Shown here piece after piece: positions 21,831-32,281 of a stretch of DNA of 64,000 nucleotides; position 1 is the first letter of the stretch, and the number at the start of each line of letters is the position of its first letter. The position numbers and the translations under genes were made by a program. Source of the stretch: Negativicutes bacterium (lineage in GTDB: Bacteria; Bacillota; Negativicutes; UBA1444); contig CAXXIN010000006.1 in assembly GCA_963665275.2 (NCBI GenBank), positions 1-64,000 on the forward strand. Reading direction: 5' to 3'. The notes beneath the pieces were generated by a model. It did not search any database, was not told where the DNA came from, and was given only the letters and a program-made list of their open reading frames with translations.

Positions 21831-22700
21831 ATGGATGAGCATGATTGGCGTTTGCTAAAAACATTATTTGAGAAAAAGAGCATTACTAAAACTGCGGCAG
21901 CATTGTTTGTGTCGCAACCAGCATTGTCCAGCCGGTTGCAACAGATTGAAACCCGCTTCGGTACGACAATTGTAGTAAGAAGCAAAAAAGGAGTGCAATT
22001 TACACCAGAAGGTGAATATCTGGTTAGAGGCGCCTGTGAAATTCTGAAACGGATACAAATTTTTGAAGAAGTTGTTCAAAATATGCGTAATCAAGCGACA
22101 GGAACTTTGCGTATTGGTGCATCAAATTTTTCTACCAAGTACTTGTTGCCGGAATTATTGAGGCGATTTAAGGAGTTGTACCCGGGGATAGAGTTTAAGG
22201 TTACTACGGGCTGGAGTAAAGATATCGCCAATCTTGTATATAATAATGATGTCCATATTGGTTTTGTTCGGGGTGAATACAGTTGGCCGGGTGAGAAACT
22301 GTTATTGTTTGAAGAAAAAATGTATGTTTCTTATAACAAAACAATTTCGATGCTTGAATTACCGCATATACCAAGAATTGACTACCGCAATGATTATTCC
22401 GTTCAATTGTTGCTGGATAAATGGTGGAATGAGAAATTTTCAGTACCTCCATTCATTGGGATGGAGGTCGATAAGGTTGATACATGCAAAGAAATGGTCA
22501 TGAAAGGGTTAGGATATGCCTTTTTGCCGGAGATGATTATCAAACATGATGACGACCTGCACAATATTGAGATGGGGCACCGGAATGGAAAACCAATATT
22601 ACGCAGCACCTGGATGTTTTACCATAGAGAAACTATGGAATTGAATCTGGTCAAGGCGTTTTATGATTTTGTTCGAAATGTGGATTTTAAACGTCTATAA
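21831..22700 (+). CDS. LysR family transcriptional regulator
   Basis: SITKTAAALFVSQPALS HTH, GTLRIGAS, GLGYAFLP. Confidence 0.93.
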   Translation: MDEHDWRLLKTLFEKKSITKTAAALFVSQPALSSRLQQIETRFGTTIVVRSKKGVQFTPEGEYLVRGACEILKRIQIFEEVVQNMRNQATGTLRIGASNFSTKYLLPELLRRFKELYPGIEFKVTTGWSKDIANLVYNNDVHIGFVRGEYSWPGEKLLLFEEKMYVSYNKTISMLELPHIPRIDYRNDYSVQLLLDKWWNEKFSVPPFIGMEVDKVDTCKEMVMKGLGYAFLPEMIIKHDDDLHNIEMGHRNGKPILRSTWMFYHRETMELNLVKAFYDFVRNVDFKRL

Positions 22701-22752
22701 ATTTAAAATTAGTTATGCGGGCCTCTTGATGAGGCCCTTCTTTATTGCTGAT

Positions 22753-22777
22753 TATCCATAATTAAAAACTATGGATA
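22753..22777. promoter_or_regulatory. Putative LysR binding site
   Basis: Perfect inverted repeat TATCCATA-N9-TATGGATA (contains T-N11-A) upstream of the DASS operon. Confidence 0.65.
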
Positions 22778-22890
22778 GTTAAAATTTTTTTGTATTAACT
22801 AAATGGTTGGAATTGTATTTATAATTTGATTGTAGGGAAATTTGACCAGCCGGCAGGGAAATACAGCAAAAAATCTTGGGAGGTATGATT

Positions 22891-24294
22891 ATGAACGGTA
22901 AATTGACACGTGCATTGGTCGTTGTTTTGGTTGGAGCAATCATTTGGTTCTTACCGGTTCCAACTGGAGTCAAGCCTGAAGCATGGCACTTGTTGGCAAT
23001 TTTCGTTGCAACGATTTTAGGTTTTATCCTTCAACCGATTCCCATTGGCGCCATAGCATTTATGAGTTTAACATTTACCGCTTTAACCGGAGTATTGAAA
23101 ATAGGGCAAGTGCTTAGTGGCTTTTCTCAAACGGTAGTGTGGCTCATTGTTGCGGCATTCCTGTTCTCTCGTGGTTTTGTAAAAATCGGCGTTGGGCGGC
23201 GGATTGCCTTTCAATTGATCAAGTACTTTGGCGATAGCAGTCTGAAATTATCGTATGTGCTTATTATCAGCGACCTTTTTATTGCGCCGGCGACACCTTC
23301 CAATACGGCGCGCGCTGGTGGGATACTATTCCCTGTTGTTCGTAGTTTGGCAAGTTCTTTTGGATCTGAACCAGGTGTGACTTCAAAAAAAATTGGTTCG
23401 TTTCTGATACAGGCCGTCTATCACGGGGACACGATTACGTCCGCAATGTTTATGACAGCAATGGCTGGAAATCCATTGATGGTGGCATTGGCTGCAAAAG
23501 CTGCCGTAGTGGACGTGAGTTGGGGAACATGGTTTGTTGCGGCAAGCGTACCTGCCATTATATCCCTTGCGATCATTCCTTACTTCATTTATAAATATGA
23601 ATCGCCGGAAATCAAGAAAACGCCGGAAGCAAGGCATATTGCCGAACAAGAGTTGTCAAAAATGGGCCCGATGCGACGGGAAGAAAAATATTTATTAGCG
23701 ATTTTTGCGGGGGCATTGATTCTTTGGGCAACTTCTCAATTTACAAAATTAGATGCAACATTAGTTGCCATGATGGCGGTTTCAGGCATGATCGCTACAG
23801 GAGTTCTTGATTGGAGTGACGTGACGGAAGAAAAAGGCGGCTGGGACACGATGATATGGATGGGCAGTCTAATTTGTCTGGCAGGCTTCCTCAACACTCT
23901 CGGATTAATTCCGTGGTTTGCCAAAGTCATGAGTGCATCTGTTACAGGTATGCCTTGGCACTATGCATTTATCGTCATTGTACTGGTCTATACTTATGCA
24001 CATTATGCCTTTGCCAGTTTAACGGCCCATATTGCCGCTATGTTTTCGGCTTTCTTGGCGGTAGCGGTGGCGGTGGGAACTCCGCCTTATTTGGCGGCGT
24101 TGTCTTTGTTTTTTGCATCCTCCATATCGCAAGGAATAACGCATTATGCAGCAGGTCCGGCACCGATATTTTTTGGAGCGGGCTATGTCAGCCAAGCAAC
24201 GTGGTGGAAGTTAGGCTTTATGGTTTCAGCAATTAACCTCGTAATCTGGATTGGTCTTGGGTCTATTTGGTGGAAAGTATTGGGCTTATGGTAA
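22891..24294 (+). CDS. DASS family di/tricarboxylate transporter (CitT/TtdT-like)
   Basis: WLIVAAF, PATPSNTARAGG, MFMTAMAGNPL, HYAFASLTAH, ITHYAAGPAP. Confidence 0.92.
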   Translation: MNGKLTRALVVVLVGAIIWFLPVPTGVKPEAWHLLAIFVATILGFILQPIPIGAIAFMSLTFTALTGVLKIGQVLSGFSQTVVWLIVAAFLFSRGFVKIGVGRRIAFQLIKYFGDSSLKLSYVLIISDLFIAPATPSNTARAGGILFPVVRSLASSFGSEPGVTSKKIGSFLIQAVYHGDTITSAMFMTAMAGNPLMVALAAKAAVVDVSWGTWFVAASVPAIISLAIIPYFIYKYESPEIKKTPEARHIAEQELSKMGPMRREEKYLLAIFAGALILWATSQFTKLDATLVAMMAVSGMIATGVLDWSDVTEEKGGWDTMIWMGSLICLAGFLNTLGLIPWFAKVMSASVTGMPWHYAFIVIVLVYTYAHYAFASLTAHIAAMFSAFLAVAVAVGTPPYLAALSLFFASSISQGITHYAAGPAPIFFGAGYVSQATWWKLGFMVSAINLVIWIGLGSIWWKVLGLW

Positions 24295-24356
24295 AAATGA
24301 CACTCAATCTTTATAGTGGGGGAGAGAAATTGGTGAATTTGAAGGGGGGATTCGAT

Positions 24357-25250
24357 ATGAAAAAGATAATTTCCGGGTCATCCGTCGGTATTCAGGTACC
24401 CTATTCGGCTGGAAGAATGGGAGCGTCCATGACGATTCCCAGTAACGCTTGCGACAGCCATCACCATATTTATGACCCTGTGCGTTTCCCATATTTGCCG
24501 ACTGACGTTCGAAATCAGCCACCGGCAACAGTGGATGCCTATCGATTGCTGCAAAAAAGGCTGGGCCTTGAGCGCAACGTGATTGTCACTCCATCCGCCT
24601 ATGGCACGGATAATGGCTGTACGTTGGAAGCATTGAAACTAATGGGGCTGAAATCACGCGGAGTGGTTGTTGTCGATAATACTGTCTCAAATGATGAATT
24701 GGAGAGGATGCATGCAGCCGGGGTGCGTGGCGTCCGATTCAATATTGCAACAGGTGGCTCGAATGACCGGAATCTGATCCTGTCGCTTTCGCACCGAATC
24801 AACGAGTTGGGTTGGCATGTGCAATTTTGGATGAGTGCAACCCAAACTGTAGAGATGGAAGATTTTTTATTTTCAGTGCCTTCTCCCATTGTGTTTGATC
24901 ATCGGGGACACATTCCACAACCGGAAGGAGTGGAGCACCCGGCGTTTGGAGTTATTTGCAGACTGCTGGACACAGGCAAGGCATGGGTGAAATTGTCCGG
25001 TCTTTATCAGGATAGCCAAATTGGAGATCCAACCTACGCGGATACTGTGCAGGTCGGCAAGGCTTATGTTGCATATGCGCCGGAGCGTATGGTGTGGGGG
25101 ACGGATTGGCCCCATCCGACAATTTTTTCCGAGCGAAAGCCCTGGCCGGACGATGGCTCTATGCTGGAGTTTTTGAGCGTGCAAGCTCCTGATGAAGTGA
25201 TTCGTAACAAGATATTAGTGGATAACCCTGCAGTGTTGTATGGGTTTTAA
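24357..25250 (+). CDS. Amidohydrolase_2 family lactonase/isomerase (LigI / 2-pyrone-4,6-dicarboxylate hydrolase-like)
   Basis: DSHHHIY, PSAYGTDN, GVRGVRFN, FDHRGH, WVKLSG, WGTDWPH. Confidence 0.85.
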   Translation: MKKIISGSSVGIQVPYSAGRMGASMTIPSNACDSHHHIYDPVRFPYLPTDVRNQPPATVDAYRLLQKRLGLERNVIVTPSAYGTDNGCTLEALKLMGLKSRGVVVVDNTVSNDELERMHAAGVRGVRFNIATGGSNDRNLILSLSHRINELGWHVQFWMSATQTVEMEDFLFSVPSPIVFDHRGHIPQPEGVEHPAFGVICRLLDTGKAWVKLSGLYQDSQIGDPTYADTVQVGKAYVAYAPERMVWGTDWPHPTIFSERKPWPDDGSMLEFLSVQAPDEVIRNKILVDNPAVLYGF

Positions 25251-25287
25251 GAATTAAGCAAAGTATTAATTATAGGAGGCGGTTTTT

Positions 25288-26430
25288 ATGTCACAATTTT
25301 CGACACCTTGTAGTGTATATCGTGGAGGAACCAGTCGAGGGTTGTTTTTTCAAAAAAAAGACTTGCCGGAAGATATTCAGAAGCGAAACATAATTTTTCT
25401 TGAAGGAATTGATTGTTATAACCCTTCACAAGTAAATGGCTTGGGGGGGACAACTTCTTCAACTAGCAAGGTTTGCGTCATTTCACCCTCATCTCATGAC
25501 GGCGCCGATGCTGACTGGACTTTTTACCAACTCGGAGTTGCAGAAGTCGTAGTGGACGACAAGGGTACTTGCGGCAATTTGATGGCGGCGGTGGGAGCTT
25601 TTGTTGTTGATGAAGGATTGGCAACTGTTGATCCTACAGCTGATATGGCCGAAGTGTTTGTGTATAACACGAATATCAAAAAAATGTTGCAAATGGAAAT
25701 ACCGGTCGTCAACGGCAAAGCTAAAGTTGATGGAGACTATTTGATGCCGGGTGTTGTAAAACCAGGGGCGATGTTCCGTGTTTCAATCATGAATCCTGGG
25801 GGAGAATTGACGGGAAAGCAATTATTATTGGGAACTACAGCCGAAGTCAAAATGGATAAAGACACCTATTCATTGACGTTCTCGGACCTCATAAATCCCT
25901 TTGTATTTTTAGCGGGGCAAGATGTGGGATTGTCCGGGAACGAATCGCATCAAGAAGTTGCCGCAAATCAAAAGGTTTTAGATGAACTAAACTTGATTCG
26001 GGACAAAGTGGCTGTTATCGCCGGTATGGCAAAAACAGAACAAGATGCAAGACAAAATAAACCGAACGTTCCTAAAATCGCTGTGGTTAGCCCCGCACAG
26101 GATTATGTAACTACCAACGGCGAGTTGATTCATAAAGATGACGTAGATATTCTTGTCAAAGTCGTTTCAATGGGAAAGCTGCATCGTACAAGTCCGGCCA
26201 GCTGTCTGTACAATTTAGCGGCCACGACCCTGCTGCAAGGAACAATTCCCAATCAAATCGCCGGACTCCGCGCTGGAGTAAAAGATCAAATGATTCGAAT
26301 CGGGCATCCCGAAGGAATTGTTCAAGTCCGAGTCACGTTAGGCGAAGATGGCCAAAAGGTTGCAAAGGTTGGCATGGAGCGGACGGCAAGAAGGATTATG
26401 AAGGGTGAATTATACACCCCTGTAATGTAA
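25288..26430 (+). CDS. PrpF family isomerase (LigU/GalD/aconitate isomerase-like)
   Basis: RGGTSRG, TSKVCVI, CGNL, HPEG, RTARRIMKG. Confidence 0.9.
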   Translation: MSQFSTPCSVYRGGTSRGLFFQKKDLPEDIQKRNIIFLEGIDCYNPSQVNGLGGTTSSTSKVCVISPSSHDGADADWTFYQLGVAEVVVDDKGTCGNLMAAVGAFVVDEGLATVDPTADMAEVFVYNTNIKKMLQMEIPVVNGKAKVDGDYLMPGVVKPGAMFRVSIMNPGGELTGKQLLLGTTAEVKMDKDTYSLTFSDLINPFVFLAGQDVGLSGNESHQEVAANQKVLDELNLIRDKVAVIAGMAKTEQDARQNKPNVPKIAVVSPAQDYVTTNGELIHKDDVDILVKVVSMGKLHRTSPASCLYNLAATTLLQGTIPNQIAGLRAGVKDQMIRIGHPEGIVQVRVTLGEDGQKVAKVGMERTARRIMKGELYTPVM

Positions 26431-26443
26431 GGAAGGGCGATTT

Positions 26444-27061
26444 ATGGAAGAAATAATTGCAAAGATCCAAAAAGTGCCTAGTACGTGTGTGGCAGATGCA
26501 ACAGACGGAATGAATAATATGGATACTGCCATAAAGCCACTCAAAGCGGGATATAAAGTATGCGGCAGAGCGGTTACGGTCAAAATGCCTGCTGGCGATA
26601 ATTCAGCCGTACTTCGTGCTATTCGTGCGGCAAAGCAGGGGGATATACTGGTTATTGATTCTAAAGGATACACTTCACGAGCGGTTGCAGGCGACTTCGT
26701 GGCAGGCCTGGCCCAAATCTTGGGATTGGGAGGAATGGTAGTGGACGGCAGTATTCGTGATGCTATAGGGATTGGCAACATTGGATTTCCAGTCTTTTGC
26801 AGAAGTGTTACGTCTTCTGCCAGTACCAAAAATGATGGAGGGGAAATCAATGTACCCATAGTCTGTGGCGGTGTTGCTGTCAACCCCGGGGATATTGTTG
26901 TCGGTGATGATGATGGGGTAGTTATTGTTCCGAAAGACCGCGAACAGGAAATCTTGCTGGCGGCTGAAAAAAAATTACTGAAGGATCAAGAACGTGCCGA
27001 AGCAGTGCTGCAAAGTCCAGACACTGCACGAGATTACCTGGATAAATTATTGGGAAATTAA
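26444..27061 (+). CDS. RraA-family protein / HMG-CHA aldolase-like
   Basis: VADA, GRAVTV, GDN, VVDGSIRD, PGDIVVGDDDGVV. Confidence 0.88.
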   Translation: MEEIIAKIQKVPSTCVADATDGMNNMDTAIKPLKAGYKVCGRAVTVKMPAGDNSAVLRAIRAAKQGDILVIDSKGYTSRAVAGDFVAGLAQILGLGGMVVDGSIRDAIGIGNIGFPVFCRSVTSSASTKNDGGEINVPIVCGGVAVNPGDIVVGDDDGVVIVPKDREQEILLAAEKKLLKDQERAEAVLQSPDTARDYLDKLLGN

Positions 27062-27099
27062 CAAAATGATGAATTTTATTTGAGATAGGAGCGAAGAAC

Positions 27100-29031
27100 A
27101 TGGGAAAAAATTTGATGGAAAAAATTATCGCTTCTCATATAGTGTCGGGCGAAATGATACCCGGCAATGAGATTGAAATTCGCGTCGATCAGACCCTGAC
27201 CCAGGATGTGTTGGGAACGATGGCATATCTGCAATATGAAGCTCTGGGAGGTGGACAGGTTAAAACAAATTCCGTGTCCTACATTGACCACAATACTCTA
27301 CAAGATGGGTTTGAGAATGCGGATGATCACCGCTATCTGCAAACCGTAGCTGATAAACATGGAATAAAATGCTCAAAACCAGGGAATGGCATTTGCCATC
27401 AGGTTCATTTGGAAAGATTCAGCAGGCCGGGTGAAGTGCTGGTTGGCGGCGATAGTCATACTCCCACCTGTGGAGCCGTGGGAATGGTGGCGGTTGGCGT
27501 GGGTGGCTTGGAAATCGCCGGAGCTATGGCAAGTGGAAAGTGTTTTTTAACCTATCCCAAAACTGTCAAGATCAATTTGGAAGGCGAACTGAAACCGTGG
27601 TCTTCTGCTAAAGATATAGCACTTGAAGCTTTGCGTATTTTTACGACAAAAGGGAATGTCGGGACTTCTATCGAGTATGGTGGCAGTTGCATCAAGAGCC
27701 TTACTGTACCTGAACGGGCGACAATAACTAATATGGGCGCGGAAATGGGGATTACCACGTCGATATTTCCAAGTGATGAAGTAACCCAAGCTTTTTTCAA
27801 GGCACAGTCACGTTTGGAAGACTGGAAAGAAATAAAACCGGATGCTGATGCAACGTATGAAAAAATTATCACCATCGATGTCAGCAAGATAGTACCGAAT
27901 GTTGCCTGCCCACATTCCCCGGACAATGTTAAAACAGTCAAAGAAATGGAAGGCTTGCCGGTAAATCAAGTTCTGGTGGGAAGCTGCACTAATTCTTCTT
28001 ATCGAGACCTGTTGCTTGTGGCATCCATGCTCAAAGGGAAACGTGTACATCCGAATGTAAGCTTCGGGATTGCGCCGGGAAGCCGTCAAGTCCAAGCGAT
28101 GATCGTCAAAAATGGGTTAATGGATATTTTCCTATCAGCGGGAGCCCGTATTTTTGAAAGCGTCTGCGGTTTTTGCTGTGGAGCAGGCCAGTCACCCCAA
28201 AGCAATGGAGTATCCTTGCGTACAAACAATCGAAATTATGAAGGGCGTAGTGGGACCAAAGATGGGCAAGTTTATTTAGTTAGCCCCGAAACTGCGGTAG
28301 CGGCTGCGTTGACTGGAAAGATAACGGATCCGCGCGATCTCGGGTTGGAGTATCCGACGATTTCGTTGCCGGAAGTGTATCCTATAGATGACAACTTGAT
28401 TTTTACGCCATCTTGCGACCCTGCCGTCGAAGTTTTCCGGGGCCCAAATATTGGCGCTCCGCCCCAAAATACCAAAATTCCTGAGACTATTAAAGGAAAA
28501 GTTGCCATTAAGTTGGGGGATAAAATTACGACGGATCATATTACTCCCGCTGGGTCTCTGCTAAAATATCGATCCAATGTTCCCAAATACTCTGAATATG
28601 TATTTCGAGATGTGAAACCTGAATTCGCTAAAGAGTGCATGAAAAATAAAGAAATGAACTTTTCTTCAGTGATTGTGGCTGGACAAAGTTATGGACAAGG
28701 ATCGTCGCGAGAGCATGCAGCGCTTTGCCCAATGTTTCTAGGGGTGAAAATTTTGCTCGCGAAAAGTGTGGAACGTATTCATGCGGCCAATCTGATCAAC
28801 TTTGGCATTCTTCAATTGGTCTTTGCCCAAGAAAGTGATTATGACCGATTACAGGATGGTGATGAACTTTTGATTGAAAACGTGTATGCGGGTGTCGAAC
28901 AGGGAAACGTGATTGTACGCAATGTTACGCAGGACTATGAATTTCCCACGAATTGCTCTTTGACACAAAGGCAGAGAGAAATTGTCCTTAACGGCGGATT
29001 GCTAAATTACATGGTCAGAGATAGCCAATAG
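27100..29031 (+). CDS. Aconitate hydratase family enzyme (single chain, about 640 aa)
   Basis: YIDHN, GICHQVH, GDSHT, GSCTNSS, CGFCCG, NRNYEGR, TTDHI, GQGSSREHA. Confidence 0.92.
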   Translation: MGKNLMEKIIASHIVSGEMIPGNEIEIRVDQTLTQDVLGTMAYLQYEALGGGQVKTNSVSYIDHNTLQDGFENADDHRYLQTVADKHGIKCSKPGNGICHQVHLERFSRPGEVLVGGDSHTPTCGAVGMVAVGVGGLEIAGAMASGKCFLTYPKTVKINLEGELKPWSSAKDIALEALRIFTTKGNVGTSIEYGGSCIKSLTVPERATITNMGAEMGITTSIFPSDEVTQAFFKAQSRLEDWKEIKPDADATYEKIITIDVSKIVPNVACPHSPDNVKTVKEMEGLPVNQVLVGSCTNSSYRDLLLVASMLKGKRVHPNVSFGIAPGSRQVQAMIVKNGLMDIFLSAGARIFESVCGFCCGAGQSPQSNGVSLRTNNRNYEGRSGTKDGQVYLVSPETAVAAALTGKITDPRDLGLEYPTISLPEVYPIDDNLIFTPSCDPAVEVFRGPNIGAPPQNTKIPETIKGKVAIKLGDKITTDHITPAGSLLKYRSNVPKYSEYVFRDVKPEFAKECMKNKEMNFSSVIVAGQSYGQGSSREHAALCPMFLGVKILLAKSVERIHAANLINFGILQLVFAQESDYDRLQDGDELLIENVYAGVEQGNVIVRNVTQDYEFPTNCSLTQRQREIVLNGGLLNYMVRDSQ

Positions 29032-29130
29032 AGAAGTAATTGAGTTGCCAATGCCGGTATAACTTTGCACAATAGTGGATACGGATGGTTTCTTAGACTG
29101 AACCGATATTCTCAAATTAAATGATGCCTA

Positions 29131-29221
29131 AACAAAAAAAGTCGGGATGGATTTGTCCATGGCCGCAGTGATTCCAAAGAATCTGCATGGACATCTCCAT
29201 CTCGGCTGACTATTTTTTGTT
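29131..29221. repeat. Long imperfect inverted repeat (about 90-nt hairpin)
   Basis: AACAAAAAAAGTCGGGATGGA..TGTCCATG..GCAG.GATTC-CAAA-GAATCTGCATGGACA..TCCATCTCGGC.GAC.ATTTTTTGTT. Confidence 0.6.
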
Positions 29222-29295
29222 GTGGCAGGCGATTTTTAGCGGTAGTCAGGATAATACGGCTATACTTGTCAGAAATCTTGATAAATGAGGGTGTT

Positions 29296-29362
29296 GACTG
29301 TCAACGGCAATGATAAAATGCAAAAAGGCAAATTTAGACTGGCGTTGACAGTCTTTTTTTTT
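29296..29362 (+). terminator. Terminator-like hairpin with large loop
   Basis: GACTGTCAACG...CGTTGACAGTC followed by a T-run. Confidence 0.5.
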
Positions 29363-29433
29363 GCGCTTTTAGTGCGGGGGCGGGCCTCGGAACATGACGG
29401 CATAGTGGTGGTAGGCTGAATGATGGCAGAGAG

Positions 29434-30168
29434 TTAGCTGGAGAAACAAAGCGCAGGCAACTCGGTTGAGGGCTTGCCTGCGGGGCATATTTCGCGGCAT
29501 TTCCAACACTGCAGTACAGGGAATCCTCTGGGCAGCTTCGTCCAGCAATGACTTCTGCAAGAGGATTGATGGATGGAATGGTTATTCTTTAGAGCTTTTC
29601 CAGGACATGCGTCGATGCATAGTTGGCAACTCGGTGGGCATAGTTCGTTCGTAAGTACGGCGTCGGGTTCGATTTCAAGGTCAGTAACGATGGAAACAAG
29701 GTTCACACGATTTCCGAATTGTGGCGTAATCAGCAGAGTGTTTTTCCCCAGCACACCTAGCCCAGCGGCTACGGCTGCATGCTTGTGCGACAGATCGCCG
29801 GCCGCATACTGAGTTTCTTCATCCCAATGGAAGTAGGGCGTCATGGCGGGTACCGGAATCGCGCTGGCTGCAAAAGTTTCTTCGAGGAACAGAGATAGAT
29901 GATACGCATCATGATCCAGTCGAACAACATTACCGTCGTGAACCGTAGTGTAGCTGGTCCATTTTTTGTTTTTCACCGGGCCGGTCAGGATTCTTCGGGC
30001 CAATACGATAATGGATTTCGCCTCGACCATGATATCTTGCGGTTTGTGATTTTCCGGCGCCGCCGCAAATCTTTCGACGGGAGCTACGCCGATCAATTCA
30101 ATACCCAAGCTCTGGGCCTTGTCTAAAAGATTTTTTTTAACATCGGCTGGTTGAAAAATATAGATCAA
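29434..30168 (-). CDS. QueG/reductive-dehalogenase-like Fe-S protein (epoxyqueuosine reductase family); start uncertain
   Basis: SHKHAAVAAGLG.LGKNTLLITPQFG.RV.L, CPPSCQLCIDACP, CWKCREICP. Confidence 0.8.
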   Translation of the reverse strand: MIYIFQPADVKKNLLDKAQSLGIELIGVAPVERFAAAPENHKPQDIMVEAKSIIVLARRILTGPVKNKKWTSYTTVHDGNVVRLDHDAYHLSLFLEETFAASAIPVPAMTPYFHWDEETQYAAGDLSHKHAAVAAGLGVLGKNTLLITPQFGNRVNLVSIVTDLEIEPDAVLTNELCPPSCQLCIDACPGKALKNNHSIHQSSCRSHCWTKLPRGFPVLQCWKCREICPAGKPSTELPALCFSS

Positions 30169-30408
30169 CTCCTTTACTAAGACAATTATAGATTCAGGAG
30201 CCTGTGTGTGTCTTATCGATTTTCGCCATGTAATTCGGTGGTGGCAAAGCAAAGGAGATGGAGCAAGCTATGAAAACAAAATTCGGCAAGAAGCACTTTC
30301 ATCAGAAGTGTTTGCGTCGGGTTATCTTCTTCATTTCGTAAGTTTCTTCTACCAGGCAACCTCCCCAGTAGGCACTCAGAGGAGAAATTCATTTAGCTTG
30401 CAGGAGTT

Positions 30409-31326
30409 TCAAGGTTTTGGCTGATGAACAATGAGTCCTTCAAATTCCGATTTGATCACCTGTTCCAGGTAGTGGTCGAATATTTTCAGGCTAGCAATCG
30501 TGCTAGATTTCGGCTGCTTATGGGTGAGTTTGTAAACAATCCTGTCAGGTGGCGGATCGGACAGGAAAAACATCACATAGTTTCCCAGCTTTTGCGATGC
30601 TATCGCCATTGACAATGGCATGATGGCCCATTGTTCGGGCTCCTGCAGACCCAGAACCAAAAGTCGTGCGGTATCGAATTGGGCCATGCACGGCATCGAT
30701 GGATCCCACCTTTTATCATGCCAAAGTTGAAAACTTGTTGACCATCGGACATAAAGCTCATGACTGCGATCCAATTCGCCGGGATGGAGCAAACCAGATT
30801 GGGAAAACGGTGTGGGCGCGAGTTTCAAAACCACCATCGGTTCGGAATAGCATGGAGATACGATTACATTGGGATGATTTCGTTCTAATTGAGAAAAAGC
30901 AACATTGACATGTCGCCTGTCCACTTCTTCGTAAGCTTCAACCGAATGAGATGTAATTACATTGAGCTGTATTTTCGGTTTGTGGTGGCTAAGTGCCGTA
31001 TATAGCGCAGGGAAAATTGAACTGACAATGCTATCAAGCATAAGGATGGACAAAGATAGGTGGGGCCCGGAAGACAGTGCGACCTGGGTTTCTCGAAAAA
31101 GCAAATCCCAGCGCTCGGCCAGTGCAACGAAATTTTCTCCGGCCGGGGTGAGACGAATCGTCTTTAAGCCTTTTCCTCTCTCGAAAAGAACAGTTGTCAC
31201 TTCCTGCTCTAATACACGGATCCTTTTGCTGACAGTTGTTTGAGATAAATGGAGCTGTTCGGCGGCCTTGCTGATGTTCTGGGTCCGAACTACCGCCAAA
31301 AAAGCTTCAATTCCGCGATTGTACAT
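30409..31326 (-). CDS. LysR family transcriptional regulator
   Basis: NISKAAEQLHLSQTTVSKRIRVLE, LFER, LTPAGE; divergent from the RraA operon. Confidence 0.9.
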   Translation of the reverse strand: MYNRGIEAFLAVVRTQNISKAAEQLHLSQTTVSKRIRVLEQEVTTVLFERGKGLKTIRLTPAGENFVALAERWDLLFRETQVALSSGPHLSLSILMLDSIVSSIFPALYTALSHHKPKIQLNVITSHSVEAYEEVDRRHVNVAFSQLERNHPNVIVSPCYSEPMVVLKLAPTPFSQSGLLHPGELDRSHELYVRWSTSFQLWHDKRWDPSMPCMAQFDTARLLVLGLQEPEQWAIMPLSMAIASQKLGNYVMFFLSDPPPDRIVYKLTHKQPKSSTIASLKIFDHYLEQVIKSEFEGLIVHQPKP

Positions 31327-31519
31327 GCTGCACCTCCTCTTTGGAAATAGCAATAAAGGTAATATATATTCGCACAAATAGTCATTTTACTTGCATTTTA
31401 AATTGGCTTAATATTAGCACAAAAGATGCAATTGCGGCAATAAAACTTTCAATTCGCTTAATCTATCCGGGATGCATACCGGATGATGAACTAATAAAAA
31501 GATAGGGAGGGTTCTATTA

Positions 31520-32197
31520 ATGTCAAATGTTAACTTCCGAATTTACTCAAAAATTGAAAGACCTTCAAAAGAACTCGTGAATGCTTTTGCAGGAATCCCT
31601 GTGGCGAACATTGGAGACTGTATGAACCGAATGTCCTGTATCGATGCCGGACTCCGTCCACTAAACAGCGCACCTTTGCTCGGAACCGCATTTACCGTCA
31701 AGACGCGCCCCGGTGACAATCTTCTTCTGCACAAGGCGATCGACATGGCAGCGCCTGGCGATGTCATTGTTGTGGATGCCGGGGGGGAAACGAGCAATTC
31801 GATCACCGGCGAATTGATGATTCTTTGGATGCAGGGTCGCGGTGTTGCCGGACTAATCGTTGACGGGGCAATTCGAGATCTTGGTTCAATCCAAAAGATG
31901 AAATTTCCGGTCTATGCCGCGGGTGTTCAGCCCAAAGGACCCTATAAAGATGGCCCGGGTGAAATCAATGTTCCGGTTTGCTGTGGCGGCGTGGTTATAA
32001 AACCCGGCGACATCCTGGTGGGTGATGAAGACAGTGTCATTGTGATCGATCCTAAAGATGCCCCTGAAGTTCTGGAAAAAGCCAAAGCAACGGTAGCCAA
32101 AGAAGCAGGAATGATGGAGGCTATCAAAAACAAGACCTGGGATCGCAGTTGGGTTGACAAAGCGCTCAAAGAAAAAGGTTGCGAATTTATTGACTGA
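31520..32197 (+). CDS. RraA-family protein / HMG aldolase-like (second)
   Basis: VANIGD, GTAFTVKTRPGDNL, IVDGAIRD, GPGEINVP. Confidence 0.9.
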   Translation: MSNVNFRIYSKIERPSKELVNAFAGIPVANIGDCMNRMSCIDAGLRPLNSAPLLGTAFTVKTRPGDNLLLHKAIDMAAPGDVIVVDAGGETSNSITGELMILWMQGRGVAGLIVDGAIRDLGSIQKMKFPVYAAGVQPKGPYKDGPGEINVPVCCGGVVIKPGDILVGDEDSVIVIDPKDAPEVLEKAKATVAKEAGMMEAIKNKTWDRSWVDKALKEKGCEFID

Positions 32198-32281
32198 AGC
32201 ATGACCTGGTTGAATCGGAAGTGTACAACATATAAGCGTTAAAAAAGTAAAGTGGCGCAAGCCCTGAGGGAGAAAACATAA

